A stretch of DNA of 61,685 nt from Scenedesmus sp. PABB004 (lineage: Eukaryota). The DNA lies in assembly GCA_014905635.1 (NCBI GenBank), contig JABVCE010000030.1, forward strand, positions 372,001-433,685, given 5' to 3'. The notes below the pieces were generated by a model, which did no database searches, was not told the DNA's origin, and saw only the letters and a program-made list of their open reading frames with translations. The translations under genes and the position numbers were made by a program. Each line of letters opens with the position of its first letter. Positions within the stretch are counted from its first letter, which is position 1. Shown here piece by piece: positions 1-13,862 of this stretch.

Positions 1-125
1 GGGCGTCTCCAGGCGTGGCCGCGCGAGGGAAGTGTGCTTCCCGGACCGCACAAGCTCACGGGACCGTCACCGCCGCAAGCAGGCACCGCGGCGCGGCGGC
101 GCACGCCGCAAACCGCGTCAGCCCG

Positions 126-2016
126 TCACCGCGCTGGCCGGCGCTGCGCGAGCGTCGCCGCCGCCACGCCCGCCGCGAGCGCCGCCAGGCCCAGCAGCAC
201 GCCACGGTCCGCCACGCCGCCGGCGCCGCCGAGCTGCACGGGCCCGAGCGCGACGGGCGCCGACCACGCGCCCGGCGCGCCGCTGCCGCCCCCGCCGCCG
301 CCTCTGCCGCTGCCGCCCGCGCCGCTGCCCGGGCTGCCTTGGCCCGCCGCGGCCGTGGCGCCCGCCGCACCGCCGCCCGCGGCGGGCGCCCCGTCGTCGG
401 GCGGGCCGGCCGCGCAGGCGCGCAGGCGCGGCGTCGGCCGCACCGGCGAGACGCTCCCGAAAAAGTCTGTCACGCGCACCGAATCGAGCGGGCGGCGATA
501 GTTGCGCGCGTCGCAGTGAAACGTCGAGTCGAGCACCTCGTGCCTGCGCGGCGGGCGCGCGGCGCGGGCGCGGCGGACTCGGCGCCCGCCCGCGCCGCAA
601 CCGCGCCGTCCGCCGCGCTGCGCCTCGCAGCGCCCCGCCGCGCCGCGCGGCCGCCGCTTGTGGCGCGCACGCGGCCCCTGCGCGCGCTCGTGCCTGTAGA
701 TGGCCATGAGGTCGGCGAGCGTCGCGTTGGAGTGGCTGTCGACGCGCTCGAAAAAGTCGAGGCTGGACCAGGTGAAGCGATCGATGAGCGACAGGCCCAC
801 GTCGGCGTCAGTCACGTGGCTGTAGCTGCTCTCGCCCTTGAGGCTGCTCGCCATCGCGAGCACGTTGGGCGAGCTGCGCGCGCGCGGCGTGCGTGGCGCG
901 CGTGGCGTGCGCGGGCGTCAGCGGCTGCGGCGCGCGGCCGCGCGAGCGGCGGGCGCGTCGCCGGCGCGGCGCACGTGATTCGCGAGTAGAGCGTGGCGGC
1001 CTGGCACGTCTCCACGACCAGCAGCAGCTCCCGGTAGCGCCCCTTCTCGTGCATCTGCTGCACCGCGTCCGCGACGTCCTGCAAGCGCGCGCGCGGCGGC
1101 CGCGTGCGCGGCGGCGGTCGCGCGCGCGTGGGCGCCGCGACGCCCACGGCGGGCGGCGCCGGCGGCGGGGGCGCCGACGGACCTGGGCCATGAGCTCTGC
1201 GGTGTCCTGAAACTTCATGAACTCGTTGCCGCCGTGACCGCTGATGTACACCTGCGCCCGGCGCGTTGGTGGGCGGCGCGGCGCGGCGCGGCGCGCGTGG
1301 CGGACCGCGCGGGCGCGCGGGGCGGCGTCCGCGGCGCACCAGCACGTTGCTGCCGCGGTCCGAGAGCATGCGCTTCGGCCGCGGCACCGCGGGGTCGTGC
1401 CGGCCTGCGGCGGCGCGCGCGGGGCGGGGCTCGGACGGCGCGCGCGAGCGCCCGCGGCGCCGCCCGCCGCCCGCCGTCCGCCGCCGCCCGCCACCGCGCC
1501 GCGCCCGCCTGCCGCCCGCGCCCGCGGCCGCCGCCCGCGCTGTGTTCCGCCGCCGCGTGTCGCACCGGTGAGGACGCGGATGAAGTTTTCGACCGTCACC
1601 TCCGCGCCGCGGTAGTCGACCTCCACGGTGGACCCATACACGTTGAGCGCGTGGCCCGCGTCGTTGAAGACGGCGCCCGGGTGCGCGTTGCGCGCGTTGC
1701 ACGCGACCTCCTCCGCGAGCATGAGCACGATGTGGCTGTCGGGGATGCCCAGGCGCTTCACTGCGGCCCCCGCGGGGGCTGGGGCTCGGCGGCCCGCAGC
1801 GTCGCGCGCGGCGCGCGCGCGAGCGACTGGCGCACCCGTGCGGTAGAAGGAGAGCGCGTTGGCGATGTGACGGTAGTTGTACCAGTACTTGGACGTCGCG
1901 ACGAGCACCGCCCAGTTGCTCGTGTGCGGCGCGGGCTCCGGCGCGTGCGGCGCCGCTGCTGGCGCTGCTGCGGCCGCGGCGGCCGCGAGCGCGAGCAGCG
2001 CCGCCAGCCACCGCAT
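126..2016 (-). CDS. GPI8: GPI-anchor transamidase catalytic subunit (peptidase C13), 7 exons
   Basis: Signal peptide [10 protein letters not shown], then [66 protein letters not shown], catalytic His in YISGHGG, catalytic Cys in [23 protein letters not shown] and a C-terminal TM. Introns 1835-1761, 1565-1405, 1339-1252, 1182-1079, 974-874 (GT-AG) and 693-544 (GC-AG). Confidence 0.95.
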
Positions 2017-2472
2017 CGCCTCCGGCGCTGCCAGGGGTGTGGTGGAGCTGGGCGCTGGCGGTCGCCTGGCGGTGCTGCGGCGGGGCGGGCACGGCGGTTG
2101 CGGAGCAGCGGCAGCGGCGCGTGGCGGGTGTGCGGCTGTGCGGCCTGCTGAGGTGCCGTGCCGACTGAAGCGCGCGCGTTGCCCCGAACTGGGGAGCGGG
2201 AGGGCCAGGCGGGCGCCCAAGCAGGCGGGTCGTCGTCCGGCGCTTTTGCCGCTGCGCCGCCCCGCGCTGCCGGCGCTCGAGGGCAGCTCCCCGCGAGCCG
2301 CCGTGCCGCCCAGGGCACGAGCCGCTCGCGCCCCCAGATCGGCGGCGCGGCGCGGTGGCGCAGATGGCAGCGCGAGCAGCAGCAGCGCGCCCGGGGCGGC
2401 GGCGGCGCTAGGCCGCCGGCTGTGAGGGGGCGGGCTGTCGGGGCGTCCACGGTCTGACCTCCTCGATTCACC

Positions 2473-5400
2473 ATGTTCGAGGGCTGGGCCGCAGACGTGC
2501 TGGCCAGCACGCTGGGCAAGTTTGTTGATGTCCAGCGCGACCGGCTGCGCATCTCCCTCTGGGGCGGTGTGTGGGCGTCGCAGCAGCGGGGCCCCAGCAG
2601 CTGCTGCGCCGCGCTGTGGCGCGCGCGCAAGCGCGCCGCTGACCGCTGCCGCCGCTGCTGCTGCGGCCGCTGCCGCTGCCGCTGCTGCGGCGGGCACCGC
2701 AGGCGAGTGCAGCCTGGAGAACGTGCAGCTGCGCGTGGACGCCTTCGACTACCTGGAGCTGCCGTTCGTCATTCGCGAGGGCTCCATCGGCCGCCTCAAG
2801 CTGCAGGTCAGTCGGTCGCCCCGCCGCAGCAGCGCTGCCGGCAGCAGCAGCCGCCCACCGGCACGCCTGCCGCGCCCGCCGCGCAGATCCCATGGGGGCG
2901 CTGGCGCGCGGGCGCGCTGGTGGTGGAGCTCAGCGACGTCGTGCTCGCCATCGCTCCGCGCGAGGAGAGCGACTGGGAGGAGGGCCCCGCGCTGCGCCGC
3001 GCGCAAGCGGCCAAGCAGGCGCAGCTCGCGGCGGCCGAGCTCGCCAAGCTGGGCAGCCGCGTCGCGGCGACCGGCGGCCCGCGCGACGGCGGCGGCGCCG
3101 GCGGCGCGGCGGCGGCCGGCGCGGGCGGCGGCGGCGCCGCCGGGTGGGGCTGGACCATCCTCGACTACCTCGCCTCCTTTGTGCTCAACCGGCTGCAGTT
3201 TGAGGTCAAAAACGTGCACGCCTACTTTGGGGTGCGTGTGCGTGCGCGCGCGCGCGCCGTCCTGCAAGCGCGCCGCTGCCGCCGCCGCCGGTGCGCCGCG
3301 GCCCGACCCGCCGCCGGCGCTGATGATGCGGCGCTGCACGCCGCGCAGGCGCCCGCCGGCGGCGCGAGCGAGTACGAGGCCTTCGGCGTGCAGCTCGCGA
3401 GCCTGGCGACGGTCAAGCCGAGCGCTGCGCCGGGGCTGCTCGCGCCGTTTGCGGGGCTGCACCGCGCGGCGGAGCCGCTCGCGGTCAAGGTGGTGCGCCA
3501 GCTGCACGTGCAGGGCTGGAGCTGCTACTGGAAGCCGCGGCGCCACGCAGCGGCGGCGGCGGAGTCACAGGCGCAGGCGCGCCCCGGCGGCGCCGGCGCT
3601 GGCAGCAGCGACGGCGCGAGCAGCAGCGGCGGCGGCAGCAGCGCGAGCAGCAGCGGCGGCGGCGCGCTCGCGCTGGAGCCGTCTGACTACCTGCTGGCGC
3701 CGGCGAGCGCGGTGCTGGAGATCTCGGTGCTGCACGCCGGCAGCGGCGGCGACGCGGCCGACGCCGGCGGCGGCGGGCTGTCCTGCGAGGTCTTTGTCGG
3801 CGCGGGCGACGTGTCGCTGCAGCTGAGCAGCCAGCAGCTCGTCGGCATGGCGCGCATCGCCGACGACGCGGCGGTGTGGGCCAAGCGCAACCGGTACGGC
3901 CGCCACCGCCCGCCGGGCTGGATCACGCAGCTGCAGGCGGCGCGCGCCAGCGGGGCGCGCCACGGCAGCTGGCCCGCGGCCGGCGCGCCCGCGCTCGGCT
4001 GGGAGGAGAAGCAGCAGGCGACGGGCGGCGGTGGCGCCGCCAGCGCCGCCGTGGGCGGGCACGTGGTGCCGACGGGGCGCTGCGGCGTCGGCGCGCCGGT
4101 CACGTGGCAGCAGGTGTGGCAGTACGCGGCGCGCGCCGCGCTCGCTGACGTGCGGCAGCGGCGCCGCGCGGCCGGCGGGCTGGGCAAGGCCGAGGCGATG
4201 GCCCGGCGGCGCTACGTGCAGCTGCACCAGCGCAAGCTCGACTCCCTGCAGTCCTCGGCGGCGGCAGCGGCCAGCGGCGCCAGTGGCGCCTCCGCGCCAG
4301 CGGCGGCGGCGGCGGCCGCCGACGCGCCCGACGGCGAGGCGCCGTCCGACAACGACTGCAGCGACGACGGCGCGCCGCCGCCGGCGGCTGCCGGCGCCGC
4401 GCCCGCCACGCCCGCGGCCGCAGTCGCCGCGCCCGCGGCCGCAGCCGTTGCGAGCGCCGCGGCGGCTGCCGTCGCGGCGGAGCTGTCGCAGCTGGAGCAG
4501 GAGCTGTCGGTTGATGACATCCTGCTGTGCCGTTCCCTGGCAGAGCTGGCGCTGGACCGGCGCAATGCCAGCTCCTCGGGTGCGCCCCGCCGCGGGCCGA
4601 CAGGCCTTGCGCCCACGCGCGGCGCAGCGCCCCGCCGCCCGCCCGCCCCGCGTGCGCCGCTCACGCGCGTCCCTGCTGCGCGGCCCCTGACACCGCTGCC
4701 GGCGCGCCGCCGCCGCGCGCAGAGGCGGAGCGCTGCCGCAGCTGGTTTGCTTGGGGCACCTCGGGCATCGGCAGCTTTCTGTACCCTGCGGCCGGCGGCA
4801 GCAAAGCAGCGGGCAAGTCCGGCGCCGGTGCCGGCGCCGGCGGCGGTGCGGCCACGATGCCGACCGAGGCTGACCTGGACGAGCTGCTCGCCCTGCTGCA
4901 CAGCGGCGGCGCGGCCGCCGCGCGCGGCGGCGCGGCGGTGCCGCCCGGCAGCGGCGGCGCCGGCCGCGGCCGCGCGCCCGCCGCGCCGGCGGTGTCGCTC
5001 AACTGGCAGCTGCTGCGGCTGCGCGCGGCGGTGCAGGACTGCCCCGGCCGCGGCGTGGCGCGGGAGGTGCTGGTCGCAGACCTCGAGGGCACCAGCATCC
5101 GCGCCAGCGCGCGCGGGCCCGCCCTGAGCGCGGAGCTGGCGCTGCAGGAGCTGCGCGTCTTTGACTGCTGCAGCGACCCGGGCGTGCACGAGTGCATTGT
5201 GCAGCGCCTCGACTCGGCCTCGCCCGCCGCGGCGCTCGGCGGCGCGTCGCACAGCGCGGCGCAGGCCACCTGGGGCGGCGGCCTGGCCAGCCTCGGCCTG
5301 CGCTCGGGCGTGGCGCGCGCAGCTGCAGGCGCGCGCGGCGGCGGCGAGCGCGCGGCGAAGCCGCCGCTGCTGAGCGCCGGCCTGGACGTCGGGCGCGACG

Positions 5401-8016
5401 GCGGGCGCCGCGCCAGCGTGGCGCTGGAGCCGCTGCAGCTGCTCGCACGCCCCGGCTGCATCGTCGGCGTGCGCGGCATGCTGGAGCAGCTCCCGGCCGA
5501 CACGCTCGCTGCGCACGTCGCGGCGGCGGCGGCCGACGTCCGCGCCGCGCAGGAGGCGGCCGGCGCGCCGCTCCGCGCGCGCGCGGCGCCGGCGCTGCCG
5601 GCAGCGTTGCTGCAGCTGGAGCTGGCGGTGCGGGTGCAGGAGCTGCTGCTCGTAGTGCCGAGTGAGTCAAACTACGCGGCGGGGCTCTGCGCCGTGGCGC
5701 GCCTGCAGGGCCTCCGGCTCAGCCCTGCGCCCGGCGCGGCGGCGGGCGAGCAGCGGCAGAGTGCGCTCGGCGAGCCCGGCGGCGCGCTGGCACTGCTGGC
5801 AGGCTCTTCGGACGGCGCGCCCACGCGCTACCAGAGCGGCGAGGGGAGCGACAGCCCCACGTTCTCGTTCGAGGCGGCCGGCACGCCCGCTGCGGGCGGC
5901 GGCGGTGCCGCGGCCGCGCACGCCAGCCTCGCGGAAGCCGCGCGCGGCGGCGATGGGGCGCCGCCGCCGCCGCCGCCGCCTCAGCATTACTCGGTCGAGC
6001 TGGCGATGCTGTCGCTGGCGCTGCACCAGCCGCGGCCTGGCGCCGGCGACCACGCGGCAGCTGGCGCGCCGGGCCAGCTGCGGGAGCTAATCAAGCTGCC
6101 GCCGGTGCAGGGCTCCGCCACGGTGTCGCTGCCGGCGCCCGGGCAGGTGCGGCCGCTGGTGCGGCTGGGCCTGCAGCTCCCGCCGGTCAGCGCGGTGCTG
6201 CCGGCGTCGCTGCTGGCGGCACTGCAGGGCTTTGCGGTCGCGCTGCGGCTCCAGCTGCGCCTGCCGCTGGCCGAGCTGCCGGCTGTGTACCGCCACAGCC
6301 TCGAAAAGCAGGCCGGCGCGGCGGCGCTGGCGCGCCGGCACCGCGAGCAGGCGCAGCGGGAGTGGCAGGAGCTGGCGGGCGCGGGGGCGCAGCAAGAGCA
6401 CGCAGCTGGCGGCTCGGCGCCCCCGCCCGGCGGCGGCGCGCCGGCGCCGGCGCCGGTCGCAGAGGTCGGGGGCGGCGCCGGCGCCGACGAGCAACGGCCG
6501 CGCCTGCTGAAGCGCTGCGACTCGGACCGCCTTTTGATGCCCATGTCGCTGTCGCCGCCCGGCGTGGACGGCCACATGGCCCGAGCCGCGCGGCCGCCGC
6601 CGCCGCCGCGCGCGCGCGCCGCCGCGCGGCGCGCGGCGGCGGCGCGACCGCCGCGGCGGCGGCCGCGGCGCTCGCGGCGCCCGAGGTGCAGCTGCTGGGC
6701 GTGGAGCTGCTGCTTGAGGAGCTCGACCTGCAGTACATTGATGACCAGCCCCACGCGCCGGCGCGGCCGGGCCCGCGCCAGCCGCCCGGCGGCGCCGCGG
6801 CGCACCTGCGCCTGCAGGCCAGCCTGCTGCAGCTGGCCTTCCGCGCGGGCTCGCACGTCGCGGGCGCTGAGCTGGCGCTGAACGACTGCGTGCTCCAGGA
6901 CATGCTGCCGCCGCCGTCGCCGGGGGCGGGCGGCGGCGGCGGCGCGGCGCCTGACGCGCGGCGCCTGGTCAGCCACGTCGTGCTCGATCAGGCGCAGCTC
7001 GCGTGGCAGAGGCGGCTCACGCACGCGGCGGTGGAGCAGGAGGCGCAGGTGGCGCTGCTGGGCCTGCAGGCGCAGGTGTGCGGGCGGCGCGGCGCCGGCG
7101 CTGGGGCGCGCCGCTTCCGCCGCCGCCCGGGGCGGGCGGCACCGGCGGCGCTGCTGCTGCTGCCGCCGCACCACGCGCGCCGCGCCGCGCAGGGCCACCC
7201 CGGCGACGTGGGACTGTTCCTGCTGCCCGCGCGCGGGCAGGCGGCCACCAGCATCAGCGCCAGCGTGGCGAGCAGCGCGCCGCACCGGCCGGCGGGGGCG
7301 CGGCGCCCCCGCGCGCGCCTGCCCCGCGGGTGTCTGTGCAGCTGCACAACATCGCGCTGGGGCTGGAAGGCCTGGCCAAGATCGTCGCTGCGCTGCAGGC
7401 CGCGACGTCGGCGCCAGCGCCGGCGCCGGCGCCAACGCAGCCGCAGCCGCAGCCCGAGCCGCAGGAGCGGCCAGAGCGCTGCGACGGCTCGGAGCCGCAG
7501 CAGCAGCCGGGCAGCGGGCTGAAGCTGGCGGTGGAGGTCGCGCACTGCCAGCTGCTGTCGTGCAGCGCCGGCGGCAGCGGCGGCGCCCAGGCGTGGGCGC
7601 CGTGGGACGCGGCGCCGCAGGGCGGCGCCGGCGGCGCGCGCGGCGTGAGCTGCGACCTGCTCCTGGACCTGCCCGCCGTCAGCCTGGCGCTCGCGCTCGG
7701 CGGCAGCCCGCCCGCCAGGGGCGGCCCACCGCTGGCGGTGGTGCAGGGCGCGGCGCTGCTGCTTCCGGAGGCGCCTGGCGCAGGCGTGCTGCTGCCCGTG
7801 CTCAGCGTGCCCTGCGTGGTGTTGCGGGAGCACATGAGCTCGCGGACGGCGGCCGAGGGGCCCACGCTGACGCAGCGCCTGCACATCCCCGCCGTCGGCG
7901 CCTCGCTGCGGCCTTCGCAGCTGCAGCACCTGTCGCAGCTGGCAGACCGCCAGGCGCAGCAGTGGGAGCGCTGGACAGCCTCCTCCCCACAGAGGCGCGG
8001 CCCCAGCAACGACGGT

Positions 8017-8085
<69 letters not shown>

Positions 8086-11000
8086 GCGGGCGGGGGCGGC
8101 CCGCGCAAGCAGGCGCGCCCGCCGCCGTGGCGCCGGCGGCAGCTCTGCGTGGCGCTGGACGACCTGCAGCTGCTGGTCCTGCCCACGCCCGGCACCTCCG
8201 ACAAGGGCGTGCTGCTGCACTGGCGCCAGCTGGAGGCGTCGCACGAGCAGCAGCGCGCGCCGGCCACAGAGCAGCGCGCGTCGGTGGCCTGGGCAGAGCT
8301 CGCGCTCAGCGCGGTGCAGCAGGACGACGCGGCTGCGGACGACGGCACCTGGCCGCCGCCGCCGCCGCCGCCGCCATTGGCCGTCGCGCCGCCTGCCGAG
8401 CCGCCGAGCAGCCGCGGCGCGAGCGGCTGCGCGCCCGAGCTGCGTGTGCTCGCCGCGTCGCTGCCGGCCGTGGCGTGGCTGATGCAGATGGGTGGCAGCA
8501 GTGCCGGCGGGGGTGCGCAGCAGCCACGCCCCGGCTCCGCCGGCGGCGGCGCCTTCGCCTCGGCTGCGGCAGCCGCCGCCGCGGCGGGCGCCGCCGCGCC
8601 CTTTGGCAGCGCCGAGCTGCCCACCCCGGCGGGCCTGGCCGCGCTGTCGTCGGCGCCGAGCGCCGCGCTGAGCGGGCACCCCTCGCTCACGCGCTTCCTC
8701 TCGTCACGCGAGTCGTGGCAGGAGGCCAGCGCCGCGGGGTCGGAGGCCTGGTTCTCGCCCCGCAGCAGCGCCGCTTTCAACAGCAGCGGCAGCTTCGGCC
8801 CCTTCACCAGCGCGCGCAGCAGCTTTGACGGCCGCAGCCTCTCGAGCGCCGCGTCGGGCGCGCTCAGCCGCCTCGGCGGCCCCACCACCGACGGCGGCTG
8901 GGCGGGCGCCGCCCCGGCGGCCGCGCCCGTCGCCGCAGGCGCCGCGGGCGCAGCGGCGGCGCCGGCGGCGGCGCCGGCGGCGGCGCCGGCGGCGGCGCCG
9001 GCGGCGGCGCCGGCGGCGGCGCACGGCAGCATCATCGCTGCGTCCTGGCGGCTCGACCCGCCCGGCTCGTCGCCGCCCGGCGGCAGCCCAGGGCTGTGGG
9101 CGGCCATGTCCGCTGGGCTGGCGGGCCCCGCGCAGGCGCACGCGCCGCCCGCGCCCGGCAGCGCGGGCAGCCCTGGCGGGCGTGGCGCCTCGCCGGGCCG
9201 GGGCAGCAGGGACGCCGCGGCCGTCAGCGGCCTCGCCGGCATCACGCGGGAACCGCCGCCGACTGGGGCGGCGGCCGCCGACGTCATCGCGCGCGCGCCC
9301 ACGCCCGGCGGCGATGCCACGCCGCGCGGCGCGCTCAGCGGCACCCTCAGCAGCGGCAGCCCGACGCCGCCCGCGGCCGGCAGCTCGCCGGGCGGGCATG
9401 CCGGCGCCCGGCACCCGCACGGCACGCCCAGCCCCAGCCCGCCGGGCCCGCTCTCGAGCTCGCCCGCCTCGCCGCGCCACTCCGGCCGCCTGGCTGGCCT
9501 CGCGCCGTGGCCGGCCGCCTGGCTCAGCTCCGGCGGCGGCCCGCTGCCGGGCGTGGCGAGCCACCCGCTGGCGGCGGACGACGATGCGGAGTTTTACTCC
9601 ATCGGCGGCGACTCTGACGACGCCAGCCTCGGCGACGGCGAGCCGCGCTCGGCGCCCTGCCCCGCGCGCCGCCGCCCGTCCACGTCCGGCGGCGACGCCG
9701 GCTGCTGGGACGAGCCCCTGGCGTGCGAGGCGCGCTGCGAGCTGCTCCCGCTGGCCGGCTTTGGCAGCAAGGGCTGCGCCGCCAGCGCGCGCTGGCTCCT
9801 GCTGTCGCTGACGTCCGGCGACGGCCAGGCGGGGGCCGATGCACCGCCGGCCATCCAGGTCGGCGTGGCGCAGGAGCGAGCGCAGGGCGACGAGGCGGCG
9901 GCGGCCGCCGCTGCGCCGGCGTCCGGCGGCCTGCTCGCGCTGCCCTCGGCGGACGCCGGCAGCCCGGCGTCTGCGGCAGGGCGGCGCGTGAGCGTCGTGC
10001 TCGCGGGCTGGCAGCTGGAGCTCAGCGGCAAGTGCTGGGACCTGGCGGCGCCGTGCCTGATGCAGGCGGTGAACGCCGCCGCCCCGCCGCCCAGCCGCGC
10101 GGCGGGCGGCGCCGGCACCGGGCGGCAGCAGGCGCAGCAGCAGGGGCCTGCCTTGGGCGCCAGCCAGCCGGCGGCGCGCAGCGGCGCCGCTGCCGACGAG
10201 AGGGGCGTCGCAGACGCGGCCGCTCCGGCGGCGGCGGGGCGGGGGCCCGCAGGCCAGCAGCAGCTGTGCCTGGACGTGGAGGTGCGGCAGCTGCAGGTGG
10301 TGCTGTTCCTGCCACCCGAGGGCGCCTGGCCAGCAGGCGCGAGCGCGGCGCCGCCACAGCAGGGCCTCCCAACCAGCGGCAGCTGCGACTTCTTCGGCCC
10401 CTGGCAGGACCCGGGCTGCACCGGCTCACCCACGGCTGCGGCTGCCACGCGGTGCGGCCCAGGCAGCGGGCCGACGCGGCCGGGCGCGCCCGGCGACGCG
10501 CCGCTGGCGGCGGAGACGCTAGCGCTCCGGCTGAGCGCGGCGGGCGAGCTGGCAGTGGGCGGCGCACAGCAGCGGGGACTGGCGCTGCGGAGCCTGCAGC
10601 TGCCGGAGCTCTCGGTTGGCCTCGGCGCGGCAGACTGGGACGGCGCGGCGGCGCGCCCCGTGGGCGACGCCGCGCTCGGCTGTGACGCAGGCGCGACGGG
10701 GCAGCCGCGGCGCCAGGCGCAACAGCTGCTGCTCCTGCTCCTGCGGGGCGCGAGCGCGCGCCAGACGGCGGCCGGCCTGGACGTGCAGGTGCCCAGCATC
10801 AGCGGCTGGGTGTCCACCACGCGGCTGTCGCTGCTGCTTGCGCTGCAGCAGCAGCTGCTGGCGCAGCTGCCGGCCATCACCGCTGCCGCCGACCTGGCGG
10901 GCCCGGCGGCGTTCAGGGCCGAGGGTGCTGCCGCGGCCGCGGAGCCCGGCGGCGCGGCGGCGCCGAGCAGCAGTGCGGCGGGCGCCCCGGGCAGGCAGGC

Positions 11001-12755
11001 TGCGCCGCAGCAGACGGTCGTGGTCGCCCTGACGCTGCACAAGCTCGCCGTGCTGTGCAGCACTGACGAGCCGGAGCCCTGGCTGCTGCAGCAGTTCCGC
11101 AGCCGTGCTCCTGGCGGCAGCGGCGTCGGCAGCGCGGCGGCAGGCGACGCCGCGGCGGGCGGCGTTCCGTTCACCACCTGCACCACGCCGCTGCTGGAGC
11201 TGGCGCTGCTGCCGCTGTCGGCGAGCGTGCGCGTGGCGGCGGCTGCTGCCGGCGGCGGCGGCGGCGGTGGCGGCCGCGTCGTCGACGTGTGCGTGCGCTG
11301 CATCGTGCGTGCAGACGTGTTCAGTGTCGACAAGCTGGGCTGGGAGCCGCTGGTCGACCCCTGGGACTTCCAGGTGCGGCGACGGCGCCGCTGGCTCCTG
11401 CGCTGGCGAGGGGCCAGCGCAGCGCGCATGCGCCTGCGCCAGCCCCGCGCTTGCCGCGCCGCACCGCCAAGCTCGCCGCCCGCCCGCCCGCCCGTCCGCG
11501 CCCCGCGCTCGCGCGCGCGCCCGCAGGCGGTGCTGCAGCTCGCGCCGGCGCCGCCGTCGTCCACGGCCGCCGCCGCGCGGCGGCAGGTGCTGCGCGGCAG
11601 CCTCACGTCGGGCAGCCTGCTGGACGTGACGATCGCCCCGAGCGCCATCCTCGCGGCGCACCAGCTCGCGGCGCTCGCGGCGGCGGCGGGCGCGTGGCAG
11701 GGCAACGCCGCGCTGCTGCAGCAGCTGCTGCTCTGCCTCGCGAGCCCTGCGACGAGCTCGGCGCTCGCCGGCGGCGGGCAGGGCTGCTGGCTGCTCAACC
11801 AGACCGGCGCGCCGATGACCTACCTGGTCGTCGATGCCGCCACCGGCCCCACCGCGGCGGCGGCGGCCATGCACGGCGGCGCCAGCCCCGGCGCCGGCCC
11901 GGGCGCGGCGTGGGCGAGCGGCAGCGCGCGCGGCCGCGCCGCGCACCAGGCGCCCGTGCCGCTGCCCATCCTGGACGCCGCGGCGGCCGGCTACCACGGC
12001 CGCTTCGTCGATCAGGGGAGCGCCGGCGGCCCGCCCAGCCCCGCCCCGGGCCCCGGCGGACCCGGCGCGGCCGGCGGCGGCGCCAAGCGCTCGCAGCTGC
12101 TCTACCTGCAGGCCGCGGGGCAGGTCAACGTGGCGGGGCCGGTCGCGCTGGAGCAGCTGGGCTGCAGCGTGCACTCCATCGCGGCGCCGGGCGCCGGCGC
12201 CGCCGGCTCGCCGGGCGGCGCCACGCTGCCTGGCACGGGCGGCGGCCTCGCGAGGTGCGGCGCCAGCGGCGGGCGCGCTTATGCGAGCGCTCGCGAGCAC
12301 TCCGGACCGTCGCCGCCCGCCGCCCGCCGCCCCGCGCTCCGCAGGCGGCCCAAGCAGCAGCAGCAGCTGGTGGTCGAGGTGTCTCGCCACCGATACGGCG
12401 GCCGCCTGGTGTCGCTGCACAGCTGCGTGCAGCTGGTCAACGCGAGCAGCCTGCCGCTGCAGCTCGGCTGCCAGTCGCCGCTCGCGCTTAGTGGCGAGCC
12501 GCTCGCACTGGAGACGCTGCCGCCGGGCGAGGCGGTGTGGCTGCCGCTGCAGGTGGGGGCCGGGGCAGCCGCGGCGCGCCCGGCGCGCGGCACGCCGCCG
12601 AGCGCGACCCGTGCACGCGGCCGCGGCCAACGCGCGCCCTCTCCGCGCGCTCGTTCACAGGTGCTGCAGGCCAGCACGCCCAGCCTGTGCCTGCGGCCGG
12701 CGGGGCAGGGCTGCAGCTACGCCTGGAGCCGGCCGCTCGACGCGCTGGCGATGCT

Positions 12756-12790
<35 letters not shown>

Positions 12791-13790
12791 GCGGCGCCAG
12801 CCCTAGCGGCAGCACCGCCTCGCTGGCCGGCCAGGGCACAGGGCCGGCCGACTCCGGCTTCTGGTACTGTCCGCCGCCCGCCAAGGGCGCGCAGCCTCGC
12901 AGCCAGCACGTCAGCTTCGCCCCGCTGGCGCAGCCGCACGAGGGCAGCGCTGCGCCGGCAGTGGCGGCGGCGGGGCCGGTCGTGCTCTGCCTGGGCTGCT
13001 GCGCCAAGCCCTGGCCGACGGCGGGCGACAAGGGCGGCGGCGGCGCGGCCGCGGCCACGGCCGCGGCTGCGGCGGCGGGCCGCGCCGCACCCGCCACAGG
13101 CCTGTGGCAGCTCGTCGTTGAGCCGCCGGCGGTCTTCACCAACCAGCTGCCGGTGCCGGTGGAGGTCTCGGTCGTCGCCGGCCGGCGCGGCGCGGCGCGG
13201 GGGCTGCACGCCGTGGTGGGCAGCCGGCAGTCGCTGCCGCTGTATGGCGCCGAGGCGGCGCAGTTTGGCCGGCTGCGGCTGAAGGCGCTCGGCTTCCAGA
13301 GCAGCGCCTGGCTCTCGCTCGATGCAGCGGGCGGTGACAACGCCGGCGGCGCGCCGGCGCCGGCGGCGGGCCCGCAGCAGCCGGAGCGGGAGCAGCAGGT
13401 GCTGGTCGCGGGCGCGGCGTCGGACCAGCCGGCGCAGACGCTGACGCTGCGCAGCAGCCGCAGCGGCCTGACCGGCGGCCTGCTGGTGAGCGTGAGCTGC
13501 TCGCTCTGGCTGTTCAACTGCCTCGGCTTCCAGGTGGCCCTCAAGCAGCCGGGCGCACCCACCGGCGCGGCGGAGCAGCAGGGCAGCGCCGGCGTCGGTG
13601 GCGGCGAGGCGCTCGCCGGCAGCGGGGGCTGGGCGGGCAGCCACCGGCCGGGGCCGCCCAGCCCCCGCACCGGCGGGCGAGCCTCGGCGCCACGCCAGGC
13701 AACGGCGCAGCGGCCGCCAAGGGCGCCGCCGGGCAGGCACCGCTGTGGCTGCGCCCGTACGCCTGGCTGCCCGACTCTGCGGCCGCCGCA

Positions 13791-13862
<72 letters not shown>

